Below, one piece after another: positions 52,736 through 64,000 of a stretch of DNA of 64,000 nucleotides. A program made the position numbers and the translations under genes. Location of the stretch: the NCBI RefSeq assembly GCF_018350175.1, contig NC_058368.1, positions 4,340,001-4,404,000 on the forward strand, written 5' to 3'. The notes beneath the pieces are model-generated. The model made no database searches, was not told where the DNA came from, and saw only the letters and a program-made list of their open reading frames with translations. How positions within the stretch are numbered: the first letter of the stretch is position 1; every line of letters starts with the position of its first letter. This stretch comes from Felis catus (Eukaryota).

Positions 52736-53264
52736 GAGAGAGCAATCAGAGGTTCTCTTGCAAAGCAGCCAGCTGGAGTCTGGCACTGCGTTCTCAATAA
52801 ATGGTTAACAACACCCCTGCCTTCTATGCTGACAGACCACACTAAATGAGAGAAGATACGCAAAACTTCTATCATAATCCCTGATGCAAACAGGGTACTC
52901 AGTAAATGTCAATTCCCTTTGCAGTGAAAATGATTAGGGGCTGATAATCACATTCATCTCGTATCGCTAACCATTGTTCTCATTGTAGGAAAATGACAAA
53001 AAAGAACTATAGACTAACTCCAATGACCTTTTTCACCGCTTACCTTCCCAGGCATCCAGAAACACATTGCTAGCAGGAAGAAAATAAGCATTATAAATGG
53101 ATGGCTAGAGATATTAAATGAGCCAGGCAACTGCTAGCATTTGCCCCATACAAAACCTCGGCACAAATGTAGCGATTTCAGGTTCTGCAAGGGGTAAGGG
53201 ACCACAACCTACTCCCTCTGACGGAGACACTTGCTGAACCATTCGACGGCACACGGCAGGATCA

Positions 53265-53399
<135 letters not shown>

Positions 53400-54845
53400 C
53401 TAAGAAAGATGAAAACGTCCACTTAGTTCTGGCAGTCCAGCCTTACATCTAAGACGCAATGGGTTAGACGCAAAGGTGTTAGAAGTGTATCAGAAGAAGA
53501 AGTACATGTAAGTTACGTATACGTAACGTTCACAAATATAAACGTATATGGCTTGAAATGTAATTTGAACCACAATTCAGACCATGCTAATGGTGAAAAG
53601 GAAAGCTGTCAGCCTTTTCGTGATGAGGGATATTAAAATTTTTTGAACTGTATCTATAAGGTACTCTTTACGTACAACGTAGTAAATTAAATTTGTGACC
53701 ACAAAACTGGAAGTTGGCCCGTTGATATCTATAGATATACGCAAAGTATATAGTTGGAAATAGGAGAAAAATAATAAAGTTCCAACTTGTGACCCTCTGG
53801 ATCTAATACATCCTGCGTGGTTTCTTCCTGGAATCCTGATATATCTTAAATGAGAGAAATGAAATGGTCCGAATCCACGTTTTGTGACGAGAAGGGACGG
53901 AACGTTAAACAGATGGGGCGAGGTGAAGGAAGAACGACTCTCTTGCGACGGGTGAGTAGGGACGTTACAAAGAATTCTGGCGCAGCTGTTGGGGAGTCTG
54001 GAGCCCGGGTCCAGCCAGCTCCCACACCTGGTGTCAGCAGATACCAAGAAAACAGCTGCTGTGCGCGGGCAGTTCTGGGCCACGAGGTGACCGGGAGAGA
54101 AGGCTCCCTCACCTCTGAGTGGAGGACACAGGCCATCGAAACACGACAGGAGAAGAAAGCGTTAGTTTGCACGTGAAATCGGCAGCTCACAAAGTTCCGA
54201 AAAACGAAACTGCACGTAGAAAACCTAACGTAAAGATAAAAGTGCTTTCTCCCCGGGACATCTGGCTCGAATACTAGTGTTTGCGTGGAGTTCACCTGAA
54301 GCAAGAAAGTAGAAAAGGCTTGATTTTAAAGGAAAGATTCTGACACGCAATTATGTTTCTGATATGTATCTTTCTGACTTGAAAACGGAATTTGCAGAGA
54401 ATGTGCAGCTGTTGACTTAAAAGAACTGAGGATTAGTTTGGATAAAAGAAAAAATTTAAATGACCTCCAGCTTTTGGCTTCCTCTAGATATAGAATTATG
54501 GTTCCAAATTATAAGTCAAGCTTAAACCTCTCCTAGAAAAATATAGACATCTCCTAAATATAAATATTGCTTCACTCTAAGTGGTAATCTAAGCATATAG
54601 CTAACTACAGCTCTTTCAATTCCATATTCTATAATGAGTAATCATGCAGAGAGAAATCAGAGGAGCCTAAATTACTCACCCACGTCTTGTCCATATTCCA
54701 ACAGAATAAATTATCAGGAATCGAAAGTTAAATTCTAACCTCCACTAAGGTGTGAGGGGTTTTTTTGGCCTCAATCTACAAACAAATCTGAACTCAGAAG
54801 GTTCACTCCTACAGCTATGCCTTCCATACGCAAGTATGAAATGAC

Positions 54846-55085
54846 TTTTTTTTTTTAATTTTTTTTTTTTTTACATTTTATTTATTTTTGAGAGAGAGAG
54901 AGAGAGAGAGAGACAGAGCACAAGTGGGGGAGGGGCCAAGAGAGAGGGAGACACAAAATCTGAAGCAGGCTCCAGGCTCCAAGCTGTCAGCACAGAGCCC
55001 GATGCGGGGCTTGAACCCACGAACCGTGAGGTCATGACCTGAGCCGAAGTCAGTTGCTTAACTGACTGAGCCACCCAGGTGCCCC
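54846..55085 (-). mobile_element. Can-SINE with TSD, in the intron between exons 15 and 16
   Basis: TSD gaaatgactttttt on both sides. Confidence 0.96.
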
Positions 55086-56407
55086 GAAATGACTTTTTTT
55101 AATGACAAAAGCAGAGCAAAATAAACGCAATGCGCGTGTGTCTCACCCTCACCTGCTGCTCACCAAACAATTTGAGAGTGATGAGTCTACCTGCCTACCC
55201 AGCGAGTCATGCTCTCCTGGGACCAAGAACCTCAGAGCCACAGAAAAAACAGGAGCCCATTTTTAAAACAATGCGCAACAGAAAAAAAAAAAAAGAAAAG
55301 AAAAGAAAGAAAATTACAATTTTCAGAACACTGTGTATGCCTCCCTAGACACCAGACCCAGTTCATTTCCTTTCCAGCCTCGTGTGTCTGCAGCGTGCAA
55401 GGGGACTGCTGTGGGACAGGAAAGCCTGCAGGGGCAGCTGTCTGGCAAGCACTTGCCTCCCTCTCTTTCTCTCTTCCTCTGCGTCTCTCGGTGGGGGGTA
55501 CTCTCTTTGGAGGGTGGAAGGAGGGAAAGGTTGGTTTTCCTTTTGAAAGAAAACCCTTGGAACAATTACTCAGAAAGAAAGCCACAAGGGCAGAGCTTCC
55601 ACTATAGATATCGGCAAATCAAAAGACTTGAAGTTCAGTAATGCAGAAATTTTCAAATAACTTGAAAATGTTTCGAATAACGCAGAAATCCTTTTAAAAT
55701 TATACTGATAGGCATGGGCATTAAATAACGGAAGTTCAAGTGGAAGGCCATGGTTTTCTCGATAGCATGCATTTTCTTCGAATGTATATTTGAAAGTGCA
55801 ACATAAACAGAGTTCGTAAAGGCTGAATTCTACAAAGCCATAAAGCAATTAAATGGTGCCCGCACTTTGAAATAGGTAGCTGGACCATTATAAAAGCGAA
55901 CACTGCCTGACATGAAAGACGGGTGTTTGGGTTGTGTTTATAGAATTCTCCAGATCTGATGAAGAGCAAGAATGCGATAAACAATCTGAGCAATTAAAGT
56001 AACCTGAACATCTGGTATCGTGTAGACCTGACATCCAGATGGTTCATAAAATTTTTCTAGTCTCTATCTGGAAACCGAGAAGACTGCCTTTGAATATTAT
56101 CTAAAACTAACAATCCTCACTGTTTAAACTTCACGTCAAAACCAAAAATTTTTAAAAAGACAGTGACTAAAAACGTAACTTGCAGGCTGAAATGTAGGAG
56201 TTAGAAGTCATGTGACTCCTCCGTGCTTGGACTTTCCCGGCTGAAACTGGGAAATAAACTTATTCAACGTCCATTTCCCAAGGACAGTGCGAGGCCTGAA
56301 TGAGTCGGTTTTGGTCAAGTTCTTTGAACTCAGGTGAAAGATGTGTTAGAAGCATAATTATTATAATCAAGGTGGAGCGCTGGCAAGAATTTAAAGTTAC
56401 ATATTTA

Positions 56408-56575
<168 letters not shown>

Positions 56576-57879
56576 TCACCGCACTGGCTGCTTATCAGGC
56601 AAGAGAGTTAAAAATGACATCAGACGCAAAAATTCATAGAATTTAATCGCAGTGGCTGTCAAATCAAGGTCTGTACACGCAAAGACAGTGCCGTGGGCAA
56701 AGAGCCTGGTAGCGTCGACCTCTAAACGTCTATTGAAAGCCTTAGTAAAAGTTGACGCTTTTTCTGTACCGCTGTTACCAGTGGAAGCCTGTCCGAGTGC
56801 TCTGTTGGCTCTTAAGTGCATACAACAACGGATGACAGGAATAAAAGAGTGAAGTGTCAGAAAACAGACGGCAATTCTCGGGTGTCAGCCTGCACTGAAG
56901 CTGACTGGCTGTCCCAACAAATGACCATGACGGTGAATTGCACATTCTCTTTTATTTTCCAGCCTGAGAGAGGTGCAGAACTTGGAAGCTCAGTGTCATG
57001 GCCCTGTCTGCTTCGGGGCTTCCTGCCTGAGACCGATTAGGCCTCATCACACAGCAGCACATACTCACGTAGAAATAAAATAACAATCTGGTCGAGGAAG
57101 CACGTCGGTCAACTGGCTCTACTTGAAAGTCACTAATATTGACGTTTCCTGAAAAAGGTGACCACTCTGCGCAACTCTACTTATAATCTAAATGACGCGA
57201 GAAGCCTCCCTACAGAGAAACACATCAGGGAGGCACAAGGCGGGTTACCAGCACTCCAGCGGTGCACATGAACCCCCGAAGGAGGGCAGCGGGAGCGGTC
57301 TGCTGGCAGGGGCGCCGGGCACGGCGATTTAGGGGTGTGTATCTCCTCGGAGTGCCCGCCCCACAGCAGATGCTCAGTAAATCTTTCCGGAAGAAAGGAA
57401 CGAACACGAGAACAATCATTTCAAAGGGCTCCTTGAGTGAAAGACTACACCAGGACGTGACGGAGGCTCAGACAACAAAGCCTGTTCTCTCCTCTTTCTG
57501 TTTGGCCGTAAGAAAGGCAAACAAGGCAAAAGAAAGAAAAGAAAAAAGGAAAGTTTAAGGCTGTCGAGTCCACACTCCAGTGCAGGTGAAAGGCCTGGGG
57601 CTTTCTCACACCAGGGGCGGCCATCCTGAGTGAAACAAAAATTTCCTCAGACGGGATTTTAAAAGGTCAAGACTCAGTTAAGTCATCTATGCCAAGAACT
57701 CGTACCAGAACGTTCAGGTTTCCCTAAACCCTTACTTTACGTGATACCTTCCGCTGACGGGACTCGCGCGACGCTTGGGTTTTTTATGACTCACAAAGCT
57801 TTAAGAGTTTTGTTTCCATTCTCGAAAAGTCTATGTGGCAGGATGGCATTTTCTCATTTACCCAAAAATGAAGGGTACT

Positions 57880-58870
57880 GTGGACGAGCACTGTATCAGG
57901 CATCGGGGACACAAAAGGGCCACCAGACAGGGCCCCGGCCCCGCAAGCTTCACAAGCTGGCATTACCCACGTAGGCACAATTTTTAGGAGTCACCGACTG
58001 GGGTCAGTGCTAAGATGGAAAAGCATGCAGGTCGGTAGGAGAAAACAGCGCAGACGGGCTAAGATGAGGAAGTCACGTACAAGTGCAATGTGCAAAACGA
58101 GCGGGCATGAACGAGACGAGGGATGGGCGGCCGGGAGCAAGGAGCATCCCAGGCAGAGAAGAGGAAGGCTGCCGGCAGGAGGTGAAAGAGCCGTGGGCAG
58201 GAAAAGGGGGTCCCACCGGGCTGGAGAGGCAGGCAGGAGCCAAGCGGGGACACTGGTCGCCACCCTCGGGAGTCCTCGGGGTAAGCCGCTGGGGAGTTTA
58301 AAGCAGAGGAGTCACGAGGTCAGGTTTGTGTTTCTGAAAGATCCCTTTGGCTGCAGAGGAGACACTGGATAGGAGGAAGGCGGAAGTGGATCAGGAAAAA
58401 ACAGGAGGCTATAGTTAGTGCACCAGTGACGCACGTCAGCAACCTAAGCAACTGCCGGAATGACAGGGGCAGGGGCACCGCTCTAGACGGCTTGAGCTGA
58501 GTGGGAGGTGAGACCCAGAGACGGTGAATACATATGACCCAGCACTGTCTCCAGAAGTGTGCGGAGAGGAGCAGGGTGAGGGCAGTAGGGGCAGAGGGGA
58601 GGAAGCTCTTGTTTGAGGTTGGGAAATGCACAAGCAGGCTCAAGACAGGCTGAAGGTAATGAGGCCTAGAGGGACACAAACTGGAGAAGAGGCCATGGGA
58701 GCCTGAGGTCCTTGAAAAAGAAGGGGACGCTGCACAGACCACAGGCGAGAGGCCGCTCGGGTGTAGGGCTCCCCGGACGGGCGTCTCCTAGGCGACGAGG
58801 TGGATTCTGAGGCTTAAGGAAGTCAGAGAAAGTTGGGGAGAGTGGTCCACTGAATCATCAGCCCTGGGGG
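57880..58870 (-). mobile_element. Long, GC-shifted L2 fragment
   Basis: gagcactgtatcaggcatcggggacaca..gcatcccaggcagagaagagga..gggagtttaaagcagaggagtcacgaggtcaggtttgtgtttctgaaagatccctttggctgc. Confidence 0.75.
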
Positions 58871-59319
58871 AGCTCTGGGATCCCAATGGGGCCTGGGATG
58901 CGGCAGCACCGGGGATGGGGGAGTGGACGGTGGATGAGAAGGAACATCCAGTCAGCAGTGGGAGACGCAGGGGTGGCAAGGCCCGTGGCGGGGTGCCCCC
59001 GCTGGAGGGGGTGTGGGGAAACGAGGAGCCGGGGGCCCCACAGCAGGCCAGGCAACTGTGAAAGGTTTACTCCTTCTGTTCTCTAGACAATGATATGGAA
59101 ATGGCAAGTTCTGGATCCCAGACCCAAACCCAACATACCCCTTTCCGTTTGAAGTCTTGACAGGCCAACCCCTCGGGGACAAACCCCCATAGAAATGGCA
59201 CACGTTAAAGAACAAATTTAATGAGGCTTAATTCTTTCCTTGTCGGGTTTACAATAAAACAAAAGATGCGAAGAAAGACACCATGTAAGAACAAGGACAG
59301 CTAAAAACAGTTCATCAAA

Positions 59320-59470
59320 ACTTACGTAGTAAAAAGGAGACACGTGGGCTGCTGTAGTGATGCAAAAAGTCACCGCTTGAGGAAGTGAGTACCATTGCTG
59401 GTGAAGGTGACATGGGACCTGCGGGTCACTTTGTGCCGCTTCCCGTGAATCTGTGATTATTTCAAAATCA
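59320..59470 (+). mobile_element. Old L1 3' fragment
   Basis: ggtgaaggtgacatgggacctgcgggtcactttgtgccgcttcccgtgaatctgtgattatttcaaaatc. Confidence 0.65.
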
Positions 59471-59719
59471 AGGGATAGCTCCAAACAAACCTACCAAAAT
59501 TATGTCTTCAAGGCCCACTCTACATTCCGTAGTAAATTCAAGAACGTTTTACCAAAAATGTAAGTAGAAGTTACGTACGATGGGGGTAGACTGGTTCAAA
59601 GAAAAGAATCATAAATCCACCAAGTCGCAAATTAAATAGTATGTTTATAGCACGTGAGGTGTAAACAGGTAAACAGATTTTTTAAAAACCTAGTTTGGGG
59701 GACTAGAGATTCCCTCGTG

Positions 59720-59835
59720 AGGAGCACTGGGTACTGGACGGGAGTGCTGAATCACTGTTTCGTACACCTGAAACTCATACTACACTGTACCCTAACCAAG
59801 TGGAATTTGAATAGAAACTTAAAAATGAATAAAAA
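59720..59835 (+). mobile_element. Short carnivore L1 3'-end fragment
   Basis: gagcactgggtactggacgggagtgctgaatcactgtttcgtacacctgaaactcatactacactgtaccctaaccaagtggaatttgaatagaaacttaaaaa. Confidence 0.8.
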
Positions 59836-59924
59836 TCTAGTGTGGCTCTTGATCAATGGATTTTGGCTCTTCGTCTATTGAAATTAATCAGCGCATTTCA
59901 GCGGCTGGAACGGACATAAGCTTG

Positions 59925-60402
59925 TCACCGCTGCTGTATCTCCCGCAGTTTTAGTTCAGACCTCCACATCAAAGTGAGTATCACAATAAAGCCAGTTAAA
60001 TGAATTCTGGGGTTTCCCGGTGCATACAAAAGTTACATTTACACTATGCTGTAGCCTATTGAGTGGGCAATACCATTATGCCTAAACAAAACAAAACAAA
60101 ATATATATACTTTAATTAAAAAATACTTCATTACTAAAATATGCTAACCGTCCTCTAAGCTTTCGGTGAGTTGTAATCACCGATCACAGCTCACTGTGAC
60201 AAATTCACTAATAACGAAAGTTTGAAATACCGCAAGAATTACCAAAATGTGACACAGAAACACAAAGGGGGCAAACCCTGTTGGAAATGCGGCACCCGCA
60301 CACCTGCTTGGTGCAAAGTTGCCACAAAACATCAATTTGTAAAAAATGTAACATTTGAAAAGCACAATAAAGGGAAGCACAAGAAAATGAAGCATGCCTA
60401 TG
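59925..60402 (+). mobile_element. Tigger2-derived non-autonomous DNA transposon (Tigger2a-like)
   Basis: Left part ttcagacctccacatcaaagtgagtatcacaataaagc..tttcggtgagttgtaatc is joined to right part accgatcacag..caagaattaccaaaatgtgacacagaaacac..aagcacaataaagggaagcacaagaaaatgaagcatgcct. Confidence 0.8.
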
Positions 60403-60566
60403 TTTATGTTATTCTCTTAGAAAGTACTTCCTCTTTTTCTTACAAGAACAAAAATAGGACAAAACTTTAAATACCATACAAATTGATTTTCAAGTTATAT
60501 GAGAATCTTTTTAATAAAAATATTTAGAAGTTAAATCTTAAATTTCAAATTAGAAAAATGTTTCCT

Positions 60567-60720
60567 GGGGGCGCGTGGGTGGCTCAGTCGGTTGAGCATC
60601 TGACTTTGGCTCAGGTCATAATCTCAGGGTTCCTGAGTTCGAGCCCCGCGTCAGGCTCTGTGCTGATGCCTCGGAGCCTGGAGCCTGCTACCGATTCTGT
60701 GTCTCCTTCTCCCTCTGCCC
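60567..60720 (+). mobile_element. Can-SINE lacking its 3' tail
   Basis: Intact head; the sequence stops at ctccctctgccc with no (CT)n end or A-tail. Confidence 0.9.
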
Positions 60721-61026
60721 CAGAGTCATGATAATCAACGATGAAATCAACCAAATTTTGCTGTCCTTCTGGAAGTGGTTGTATCTACCGAGTAGCACAG
60801 ATATTTCAACGGTCTCCTAATGTGAAGACACTCACATTTGATACACTGAAGAAACAATACGAATGCATCCAAGCTTCAGGTAATGAGCAATGATATATAA
60901 ATAAAAATGCATTTAAGATACCCGAACCTCAAACAGTACTGCAATTAGTTTTCATTACATTAAATTAAAAATTTATAAAAGCCCATAGCATCAGAAATAA
61001 CTGTTTCACCGTATCATCAACTGCAT

Positions 61027-61250
61027 TTTTTCTTTAATTTTTAAGTTTATTTATTTTGAGATGACATTGACAGCGCAAGTGGGGGAGGGACAGAGAAAGA
61101 GAGGGAGAGAGAGAGAGAATCTCGGGCAGGCTCTGCGCTGTCAGCACAGAGCCCGACGCGGGGCCCGAACCCACGAACCATGAGTTCACAACCTGAGCGG
61201 AAACCAAGGGTCAGACAGACACTCAACCAACTGAGCCACCTGGGCGCCCC
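61027..61250 (-). mobile_element. Can-SINE with degenerate TSD
   Basis: tcatcaactgcattttt / tcatcccttgcatttttt. Confidence 0.93.
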
Positions 61251-61489
61251 TCATCCCTTGCATTTTTTAGCAGATTCTACTTCAATCTTTGTAATTTCCA
61301 AGGTAGGAAGTACGTTCATGGACCACTAAGCCTCCGATCCCAACGATGACATGTTATTCCCAGTTCTCCTTGGGATCTGGACGCTGCCATCTGCATTCAA
61401 GATTGAAAGGAATCCTACTAGCATACGAAGAATGCTATAAATCAAGAATAAAGTTCAGATCGACTAATTCGGGTAAGCAATGATGTTAT

Positions 61490-61705
61490 GAGACACCTGG
61501 GTGGCTCAGGTGGCTGAGCACCCAATTTCGGCTCCGGTCATGATCTCATGGTCTGTGGGGTCCAAGCCCCACATCAGGCTCTGCACTCACAGCTCAGAGC
61601 CTGGAGCCCGCTTCGGATTCTGTGTCTCGTTCTCTCTCTCTCTGCCCCTCCCTGCTTGTGCTCTCTAAAAAATAAACAAACATTAAGAAAAAAAATTTTT
61701 TTTTA
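61490..61705 (+). mobile_element. Can-SINE with degenerate TSD
   Basis: aagcaatgatgtta / aagaatgatgtaa. Confidence 0.93.
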
Positions 61706-61771
61706 AAGAATGATGTAAGAAATGGCACAACGGGACGGCTGTCTTGGGTCTTTCAGGCTATTTCTGGCATC

Positions 61772-61802
<31 letters not shown>

Positions 61803-62392
61803 TTCAAGTTAGTTACACAGTGCAGTCTTAGCTTCAGGAGTAGAGCCCAGTGATTCATCTCTTACCTATGACACCCAGTGCCCATCACCCATTTAGCCTC
61901 TCCCCTCACCCTTCCCCCATCCAGCAACCCTCAGTTTGTTCTCTGTATTGAAGAGTCTCTTATGATTTGTGTCCCTCTTTTTTCCTTCCCTTCCCCTTCG
62001 TTTATCTGTTGAGTTTCTCAAATTCCACATATAAGTGACATCATGCGATATCTGTCTTTCTCGGACTGATTTATTCTGCTAAGCATAATACCCTCTAGTT
62101 CCATCCACGTTGTTGCAAACGGGAAGATTTCATTCTTTTTCACTGCCAAGTAGTATTCCATTGTATATATACACCACATCTTCTTAATCCATTCGTCAGT
62201 TGATGGACATTTGGGCTCTTTCCATAATTTGGCTATTGTTGATAGTGCTGCTGTAAACACTGGGGTGCATGTGTCCCTTCGAATCAGCATTTTTATGACC
62301 TTTGGATAAACTCCCAGCAGTGCAATTGCTGGGTCGTAGGGCAGTTCCATCTTTAATTTTTTGAAGAACCCCCATACTGTTTTCCAGAGTGG
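61772..62392 (-). mobile_element. Relatively young 5'-truncated carnivore L1 (~0.6 kb) with poly(A) and TSD
   Basis: Long T-run at 61772-61799. Track ORF 62018..62404 is an uninterrupted ORF2 C-terminus (LWKTVWGFFKKLKMELPYDPAIALLGVYPK...). TSD tatttctggcatc / tatttccagcatc. Confidence 0.95.
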
Positions 62393-62589
62393 TATTTCCA
62401 GCATCCTTAACTTCTGCCTGCTAAAATGGCTACTTCACATCATCCCATATCCAGAAATACCATTCCTTCCAGGAACCTTCTTCTTAGACTCGTTAGAGGA
62501 GAGCTGAGAGCGTGGTCTGCCTTAAACCAACACCTGCCTCTGAACTCCCATTATTATGATTCACTGGAGCGTAAAGGAAAGAGAACAGG

Positions 62590-62800
62590 TTTCGGAGCCA
62601 GATTAAACCAAGTGTGAATCCTAACTGCACCATTTACCAGCACAGCGGCAGAATGTTGGAGGATGTACTGAACTTCTCTAAGACACGCTTTCCTCACTGG
62701 CAAGATGTTAATATTTTGGCGGAATTAGACGAGGACTGAACATAATGTAACTTAAAAACATATTATGTTAGACTAGATGCTGAGTAAGTGGTAGGGGGTA
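62590..62800 (+). mobile_element. MIR fragment
   Basis: ttcggagccagattaaaccaagtgtgaatcctaactgcaccatttaccagc..tgaacttctctaagacacgctttcctcactggcaagatg. Confidence 0.7.
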
Positions 62801-63399
62801 GGTAGTATTATTCCCTATTACACTAGCCCTGGGTAATACAATCATCATGGATTTCGACAAATTTTATTTATGTGTTACTGTTTTGTCTACATATCCTGTA
62901 AACACGGTCTGTTTTAGAGTCGTAAATTCTTCGGAGACAGGAATTTTGGCTGAACGGTCCTCTTCCCGTGGCACCCAGTGATCAAGTGTACTTGATCACT
63001 CTCATAAGGAAATGTTCTCTCATAGTTTCCTATCTATATTTCTCTTCAGTTGTGAACTAGTCCGAACACGTGTGATGAAACACACGTGCCTCCTCAAATT
63101 GCCCAGCTTGAGAAGAGGATACTTTCTCCACCGTGGTGATTATTTTAAGGTTTTTAGGACCCTGAAGTCCACCAACATGTCATCAGCCTATCTTCCAGAT
63201 TTCAACGTCTGCCGCAAAACGTGGTCATCAACGCTCATTCGGAAAATCACTTTAGGTAGAATTGGTTATCAGACACTGAGTTCTTCATCTGTAGGGTTCA
63301 GCTCTCACTTAGAAAACACTGCTACTAATCAGAAAATGTTCCCTTTTCTGATGACATTTTAACCAGACGTATCTCATGCTATGGATCTTGATAGTTCAA

Positions 63400-63985
63400 A
63401 CTTCCATAGTTTCTGGTGAGGAGTCTGCTGTAATTTCTATCTGTTGATGTCTTTTTTTTTTTTTTTTCCCCCTTTGGCTGCCTTCAGAGTTCTCTTTATT
63501 TTTGACTATGGAGTCTCTAAGTGTGTTCTCTTTGTTACCCGTCCCGCTTGGGGTTCTCAAAGCGTCCTGGATCTCTGGCTTTGGTTTTCATTATTTTGGG
63601 CAAATCCTCAGCTGTTATCCCTTCAAACAGTTCTTCTGCCTTATTAGCTCTCTCTTCTCCTTTGTGGAGCTCCATTTGCCCGAAAGTTCTTGGATGCTCT
63701 GTTCTGTCCCTGTCCCTACTCCTTCCTCCCCCTTGTATTTCAGCTTGGGTAATTTCTACTGGCCTCCCGTTAAGTTCACGGAGCTCACATTCTTCCCTCG
63801 GCTGTGTCAAGTGTACGGATGAGCCCCTCAAAGGAATTCTTCTCATACGACCTCATGGCTTTACTTCCTGCATTTCCATCTGGGCGGGTCGCACACTCAC
63901 CACCTCCTGTTTCATCTGTTCATACAGGTTGCCCACCTTTTCCTTCAACAGACTGATTGAAATCCCTGTCTTCTGATAGTTCCTT
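63400..63985 (-). mobile_element. Old L1 ORF1-region remnant
   Basis: Track ORF 63535..63846 (GEERANKAEELFEGITAEDLPKIMK) resembles the L1 ORF1p motif EGEERE..AE.IFEEI.AENFP.LMK. Confidence 0.75.
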
Positions 63986-64000
63986 TAAAGCTGTGCTAGT

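Overview
This is mammalian intronic DNA, almost certainly from a felid: it is dense in tRNA-derived Can-SINEs, including young feline-type copies. It holds four coding exons of MIPEP (mitochondrial intermediate peptidase, family M3 metallopeptidase) on the minus strand: 56530-56456, 53399-53280, 18516-18395 and 15330-15257. All have canonical AG/GT boundaries and splice into one open frame. They match the human C-terminal exons (15-18 as I recall the numbering); the upstream exons and the last exon lie outside the window. The rest is intron, packed with about 23 Can-SINEs, nested L1 fragments, L2/MIR relics, MaLR LTRs and Tigger/Charlie-type DNA transposons. I found no new protein-coding system, and nearly all track ORFs are spurious or repeat-derived. 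The most interesting structures are traces of retrotransposition: (1) a SINE-spacer-SINE unit inside a single target-site duplication with no Pol III terminator inside it; (2) a SINE with a ~60-bp flanking duplication; (3) an L1 whose GC-rich putative 5'UTR is fused directly to late ORF2 at an acceptor-like position. Repeat subfamily names and most repeat boundaries are by eye and approximate.
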